64,000 nucleotides of DNA, taken from an uncultured Candidatus Sumerlaeota bacterium. GTDB lineage: Bacteria > CAYMEV01. The DNA lies in NCBI GenBank assembly GCA_964389675.1, contig CAYMEV010000002.1, positions 62,001 to 126,000 on the forward strand, in the 5' to 3' direction. Made by a program: the position numbers and the translations under genes. Of this stretch, positions 59,510 through 64,000 are shown piece by piece; the first letter of the stretch is position 1; the number at the start of each line of letters is the position of its first letter. The notes below the pieces were generated by a model. It had not been told where the DNA came from. It saw only the letters and a program-made list of their open reading frames with translations, and made no database searches.

Positions 59510-61183
59510 ATGACAGATCCTGCAATTATCCTTTCCATAAATGATGGACACGATGCAAACTGCACTCTTGCTGAAGGTGATAGAATCCTTTTAAGTACTT
59601 CAAGGGAGCGTTTTACGAGGTATAAATTCCAGGGAGGCTATCCTCTCGAGATAATAGAATATATAAGGAAGAACCTGGGTTTATCTCTTGATGATATTGA
59701 CCAGATAATATTTACAAACAGGCTGAACTTTGTTCACAGGTTTTTCTCAAAGACATTTCATGCATATTACCATGATTATTTTTCTCTTTCTCAGAAGCTT
59801 TATCTTTTATATCAGGATTTTTTCAGAAGGATACCCTGCTATCAGAACTTTATGGATATGATAAGCCGTCAGGCCTACAGGAAACATTTCCGGAAGATCA
59901 TATTCCTTGATCACCACCTTTCTCATGCAGCAGCAGCGTATTACTATTCAGGCCTTCAGAAAGCATTGATAATAACAGCAGATAATATCGGGGACGGGCT
60001 TTCTGCTTCTGTCTATAAGGGCTGTGACGGAAGAATGTCTCTTATAAAGCCGATTGGCTGTCTCCAGTCTCCAGGCCAGTTTTACGGTGAAATTACTCAA
60101 ATACTGGGTTTTGATCCTCTCAAGCATGCAGGAAAGACAACAGGGCTTGCAGCGAATGGTGACCCCGCAAAACTGTATCATGTTATGGAAAAACTCTTCT
60201 ACCTTTCAAATAATAAAGAATCAATGCATATAAAGAGTATTATAAACCCGTTTAAGAAATCATGGATAAAGAAGAAACTTGAGGGTTATTCAAGAGAAGA
60301 TATAGCAGCTGCAGCCCAGAAACGGCTGGAGGATTGCTTCATAGAATTTATAAAAAGCTATGTAAGAAAGAGTAATATACACGATATTGTGGTTTCAGGA
60401 GGGGTATTCGGCAATGTAAAACTGAATCAGCACATATTCGAATTGCCGGAGGTTGACAATCTATATGTCCATCCCGGGATGAGTGATTGTGGCCTGAGCA
60501 TGGGTGCTACCGCATATTACTGGATGGAAAAAAAGGGGAAGAAGCCTTTATTCCTTGATAATATATACCTTGGTCCTGAACCTGGAAATATACCAGAGGA
60601 TTTAATAGATAGAGAAAAATACAGTATCAAAGAATTTCATGAACTTGAAAGGGAAATAGCTCTCAGGCTTGCTCAGGGAAAGATAATCGCCATATGCAGG
60701 GGAAGGATGGAATATGGCCCTAGAGCTCTTGGAAACAGGTCTATAATATATAATCCTCTTGATAAATCTGTAAATGACTGGCTTAATAAAAAACTGAACA
60801 GGTCAGAGTTCATGCCTTTTGCACCCACAATATTATATGAGGATATTGACAGGCTTTTCAGCATAAAGAATGGAGGATGCCTGTCAGACAGGTTTATGAC
60901 CATTACCTATTCTGCAAAGGATATTATGAGGGATAAAGCCCCGGCAGTGATACACACCGATAATACAGCCAGGCCCCAGGTCCTGAGGAGGTCTGATAAC
61001 AGGTTCTTTTATGATATTATAAAAACATACAAGGATTTGACAGGCATCCCTTGCGTGCTGAATACCAGCTTCAATCTGCATGAGGAACCTATTGTCATGA
61101 CAGGAAATGATGCATGCAGAGCATTCATCCAGGCAGATCTCGATGTCCTGGTTTTGAATAACCTAATTATAGAAAAGAAATGA
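59510..61183 (+). CDS. Carbamoyltransferase, CmcH/NodU family (second, divergent copy)
   Basis: GHDAN, RERFTR.K, HHLSHAAAAYY, GKTTGLAA, GPRALGNRS, FMPFAP, LNTSFNLHEEP. Confidence 0.92.
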   Translation: MTDPAIILSINDGHDANCTLAEGDRILLSTSRERFTRYKFQGGYPLEIIEYIRKNLGLSLDDIDQIIFTNRLNFVHRFFSKTFHAYYHDYFSLSQKLYLLYQDFFRRIPCYQNFMDMISRQAYRKHFRKIIFLDHHLSHAAAAYYYSGLQKALIITADNIGDGLSASVYKGCDGRMSLIKPIGCLQSPGQFYGEITQILGFDPLKHAGKTTGLAANGDPAKLYHVMEKLFYLSNNKESMHIKSIINPFKKSWIKKKLEGYSREDIAAAAQKRLEDCFIEFIKSYVRKSNIHDIVVSGGVFGNVKLNQHIFELPEVDNLYVHPGMSDCGLSMGATAYYWMEKKGKKPLFLDNIYLGPEPGNIPEDLIDREKYSIKEFHELEREIALRLAQGKIIAICRGRMEYGPRALGNRSIIYNPLDKSVNDWLNKKLNRSEFMPFAPTILYEDIDRLFSIKNGGCLSDRFMTITYSAKDIMRDKAPAVIHTDNTARPQVLRRSDNRFFYDIIKTYKDLTGIPCVLNTSFNLHEEPIVMTGNDACRAFIQADLDVLVLNNLIIEKK

Positions 61184-62586
61184 AAATATTACTCTTAAAA
61201 TGGACGGAAAAGGTTGTTGGCAGGAGTGTTGACCCTAAATTTGTCCAGGGGGTCACTGGCATATATCCCCCTCTGGGGCTAATGTATATTGCCTCAGCTC
61301 TTCTCGATGCGGGGCATGATGCCAGGATCCTTGATATGCCCGCCGAAAGAATGTCCGAGGATAAGCTGGAAGATTACCTCAAAAAAGAGGCCTTTGATAT
61401 CATCGGCTTCAGTGCTGCTACTCTTCTATGGCCTCAGGTGGCATCGGGAATAAAAAAGGTAAAGAGAATTCTCCCTGAGGCGATTACAGTGCTTGGAGGC
61501 CCGCATACTGTCCTTTTCTACCGTGAATGCCTTGCTGTCAGGGAACTCGACTATGTTGTGGTGGGAGAGGGTGAAGAAACAATAGTAGAGCTGTTATCAA
61601 GCATTGTAAATAAAACGGATAAAAGAATGGTGAAGGGAATTGCTTTCAGAAGTGGAGAGGGTATCTGCTTTACTGGAAATAGAGACCTTTTAGATATTAA
61701 TGGTATTTCATTTCCTGCAAGGCATCTGATTGACCAGGACAAGTACATGTCCATTATGGCAAGAAAGCCTTTTGCCACAATGGTTACAAGCAGAGGATGC
61801 CCTTTCAGATGCCATTTCTGTACTCAGGTTTACTGGCAGAACAAGTTTCGCATGAGGACATCCGGTAATGTAATTGAAGAGATAGAAGAGATTGTCGAAA
61901 AGTATAATGCCAGAGAAATTATGATGTATGATGAGACATTTCTTGTGGATAAAAAAAGAGCTATCTCTATTTCTGAAGGCATAACTGAAAAAGGATTAAA
62001 AATTAAATGGGATATCAGAACGCGTATTGATACAATTGATGAAGCCATAATGGAATCTATAAGGAAAGCAGGATGCTATAAAGTCCATATAGGAATCGAG
62101 AGCGGTTCAGACAGGATACTTGAAAAGATGAATAAAGGTATTGATACTGCCGGGATTATAAAAACAGTCAATAATTTGAAGAAATATGGTTTTGAGGTTC
62201 TCGGATACTTTATGATCGGATACGTGGGAGAAACGCTCGATGAGATAAATGAAACGATCAATTTCAGCCTCAGCCTTCCCCTGGACTGGGCTCATTACAA
62301 TATAACACTTCCTGTACCGGCGGTGCCTCTTTTTGACGATGCAGTTGAAAAGCATATTATAGAAAAGGACTATTGGAGCAGGTATACACTTATGCTTGGA
62401 GAGATAAAGCCGCCAGCCTATTTTAATGACAGCGGGCTTTCAGCTGAAGAGCTTGAGGATCTGCTAAAAAATGCATACCGCAGGTTTTATCTTAGACCTT
62501 CCAGGATCCTTAACTGCACCATCAAAATGCTTGATAAGGATAGAATAAAAAATGGATTATCAGGGCTGTTTCAGCTTTTGAGGTAA
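61180..62586 (+). CDS. Cobalamin (B12)-binding radical SAM enzyme
   Basis: PPLGLMYIAS, GGPH, GEGEET (B12 domain); TSRGCPFRCHFC; GIESGS. Confidence 0.93.
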   Translation: MKILLLKWTEKVVGRSVDPKFVQGVTGIYPPLGLMYIASALLDAGHDARILDMPAERMSEDKLEDYLKKEAFDIIGFSAATLLWPQVASGIKKVKRILPEAITVLGGPHTVLFYRECLAVRELDYVVVGEGEETIVELLSSIVNKTDKRMVKGIAFRSGEGICFTGNRDLLDINGISFPARHLIDQDKYMSIMARKPFATMVTSRGCPFRCHFCTQVYWQNKFRMRTSGNVIEEIEEIVEKYNAREIMMYDETFLVDKKRAISISEGITEKGLKIKWDIRTRIDTIDEAIMESIRKAGCYKVHIGIESGSDRILEKMNKGIDTAGIIKTVNNLKKYGFEVLGYFMIGYVGETLDEINETINFSLSLPLDWAHYNITLPVPAVPLFDDAVEKHIIEKDYWSRYTLMLGEIKPPAYFNDSGLSAEELEDLLKNAYRRFYLRPSRILNCTIKMLDKDRIKNGLSGLFQLLR

Positions 62587-62591
62587 AATAA

Positions 62592-63029
62592 ATGGAGTAT
62601 ACTGTAAAAAATGAAGATGAACTGGCCGGTATTGCTTCAGTAATCCATGGATCTGTAAAAAGGGGTGATATTGTTGTCTTTGATGGGGAGCTTGGTGCAG
62701 GCAAGACTGCCCTGATAAAAAGAATCTGCAAACTTTACGGCATTGAGAGTAATAAGGTAAAGAGCCCTTCCTTCAGCATACATAATGTCTACCTCGGTCC
62801 TGAAATAATTGTAAATCATTATGACCTCTACAGGCTGTCAGATATTGAGGACCTTAGCATGCTTAATATTTTTGAAAACATTGAGAATTCTATTACTTTA
62901 ATAGAATGGGGAGGCAGGTTTATTGAATACTTCTATGAGAACTGCAGGCTGATTATTACTATAAGGTATATTGAAAACCTTAATGAAGGCAGAAGGGTTT
63001 ATATTAGAAAAGGTGGGAAAGAGGGGTAA
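62592..63029 (+). CDS. tsaE: tRNA threonylcarbamoyladenosine biosynthesis ATPase TsaE
   Basis: GELGAGKT, VKSPSF, HYDLYRL, LIEWG. Confidence 0.95.
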   Translation: MEYTVKNEDELAGIASVIHGSVKRGDIVVFDGELGAGKTALIKRICKLYGIESNKVKSPSFSIHNVYLGPEIIVNHYDLYRLSDIEDLSMLNIFENIENSITLIEWGGRFIEYFYENCRLIITIRYIENLNEGRRVYIRKGGKEG

Positions 63030-63042
63030 GAACCCCTCTTTT
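63018..63042. terminator. Probable bidirectional intrinsic terminator between tsaE and gdh
   Basis: AAAGAGGGGT-aaga-ACCCCTCTTT perfect hairpin between convergent genes. Confidence 0.7.
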
Positions 63043-63047
63043 AAGTC

Positions 63048-64000
63048 TTATAGCCAGCCTCTTAACTTACATGATTTTTCAACTCTGTGAACGGCTATCA
63101 TATATGCTGCATCCCTCATGTAGACATTCTTTTCTTTTGCCAGATCGTAGACACCCTCATAAGCTACAGTCATCTTTGTATCCAGTTTTTCCAGGACTTC
63201 CTTTTCTGACCAGTAATAATTCATATTATTCTGTACGCCTTCGAAATATGAACATATAACACCGCCGGCATTGCACAGGAAATCAGGTATCAGATGCACT
63301 TTCTTGCTGTAGATCACCTCATCTGCATCCTGCGTTGTAGGGCCATTTGCAGCTTCAGCTATTATTTTTACCCTGGAGAAATCTATGTCGTTTACATTGT
63401 CCTTTCTGAGAACGCCTTCTGTTGCAGCAGGAACAAGGATATCAACGGATTGTGAAAGCCATGCGCCTCCATCCAGAATCTCATATCCTGCCTTTTTTGC
63501 CTTTTCTTTATCGATCGAACCGAATTTGTCAGTTATTGATTTAAGGTACCCGGCATCAATCCCGTCCCTTTTCTTGAATGTATAAGGTTTCTTGTCTATA
63601 TTGTCCCAGCATGAAACAGCAATGACCTTTCCTCCTAACTGAGTAAAAAGGAGTGCAGCATATTGGCCTACATTCCCGAATCCCTGGATAGAACATGTTT
63701 TACCGTCGATATTCTCGCCCATTTTCTTTAAAGCTTCTCTGATCGTATAGATAGCGCCAAAACCTGTTGCCTGTGTCCTGCCCAGTGAACCGCCATAATT
63801 TGCAATTTTTCCTGTTATTACGCCTGGCTGCTTGCATCTTGCAATTGTCTCATATTCATCCATGAGCCACATCATATGCTGTGCATTGGTCATTACATCC
63901 GGTGCAGGAACATCATTGTTAGGACCTACTATATCAAATATTTTTCTCATGAAGCCTCTGCAAAGCTTTTCCTGTTCGGTATCGCTCATTTCCCTGGGAT
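63048..64000 (-). CDS. gdhA: Glutamate dehydrogenase (Glu/Leu/Phe/Val family), 5' part outside the window
   Basis: DVPAPD, ITGK....GGSLGR..ATG.G, IQGFGNVG, EAANGPTT, IPDFLCNAGGV..SYFE. The frame stays open to the window edge. Confidence 0.92.
   Translation of the reverse strand, partial: PREMSDTEQEKLCRGFMRKIFDIVGPNNDVPAPDVMTNAQHMMWLMDEYETIARCKQPGVITGKIANYGGSLGRTQATGFGAIYTIREALKKMGENIDGKTCSIQGFGNVGQYAALLFTQLGGKVIAVSCWDNIDKKPYTFKKRDGIDAGYLKSITDKFGSIDKEKAKKAGYEILDGGAWLSQSVDILVPAATEGVLRKDNVNDIDFSRVKIIAEAANGPTTQDADEVIYSKKVHLIPDFLCNAGGVICSYFEGVQNNMNYYWSEKEVLEKLDTKMTVAYEGVYDLAKEKNVYMRDAAYMIAVHRVEKSCKLRGWL

Noticed and set aside
51622-62586. RiPP cluster (M16 peptidase + kinase + radical SAMs)
   Set aside because: No precursor peptide ORF or RRE/PqqD domain is visible and the intergenic gaps are too small. 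A separate promoter lies between the peptidase and the kinase.
63048-63989. Truncated or pseudogenised glutamate dehydrogenase
   Set aside because: The reading frame is open to the window edge, so the missing N-terminus simply lies outside the window.

Overview
AT-rich, gene-dense bacterial chromosomal segment with about 49 CDSs and one tRNA-Phe(GAA). It probably comes from an anaerobic diderm lineage: kdsA/kdsD, B12-radical SAM and a Na+-type A/V-ATPase point that way (inference). Housekeeping content is a complete 9-gene A/V-type ATP synthase operon, lpdA, guaD, a Lys/Orn/Arg decarboxylase, kdsD-kdsA, an M16 peptidase, tsaE and a partial glutamate dehydrogenase. The accessory content is more unusual. 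(i) Two paralogous kinase-STAND NTPase-TPR (NLR-like) proteins share one scaffold but carry different TPR arrays; one has a pseudokinase and both have a degenerate Walker B. (ii) A membrane-anchored protein is built from three tandem pilin-head-like repeats. (iii) A tightly coupled Ser/Thr kinase-carbamoyltransferase-B12 radical SAM-tsaE operon has its own promoter. (iv) Scattered envelope-glycan tailoring genes include a second carbamoyltransferase with an SxtJ-like partner, GT4, GT2, GT-C, a coiled-coil methyltransferase and a radical SAM/Twitch enzyme. No CRISPR array, integrase, transposase or prophage gene was seen. All calls rest on motif recognition by eye; no searches were run.
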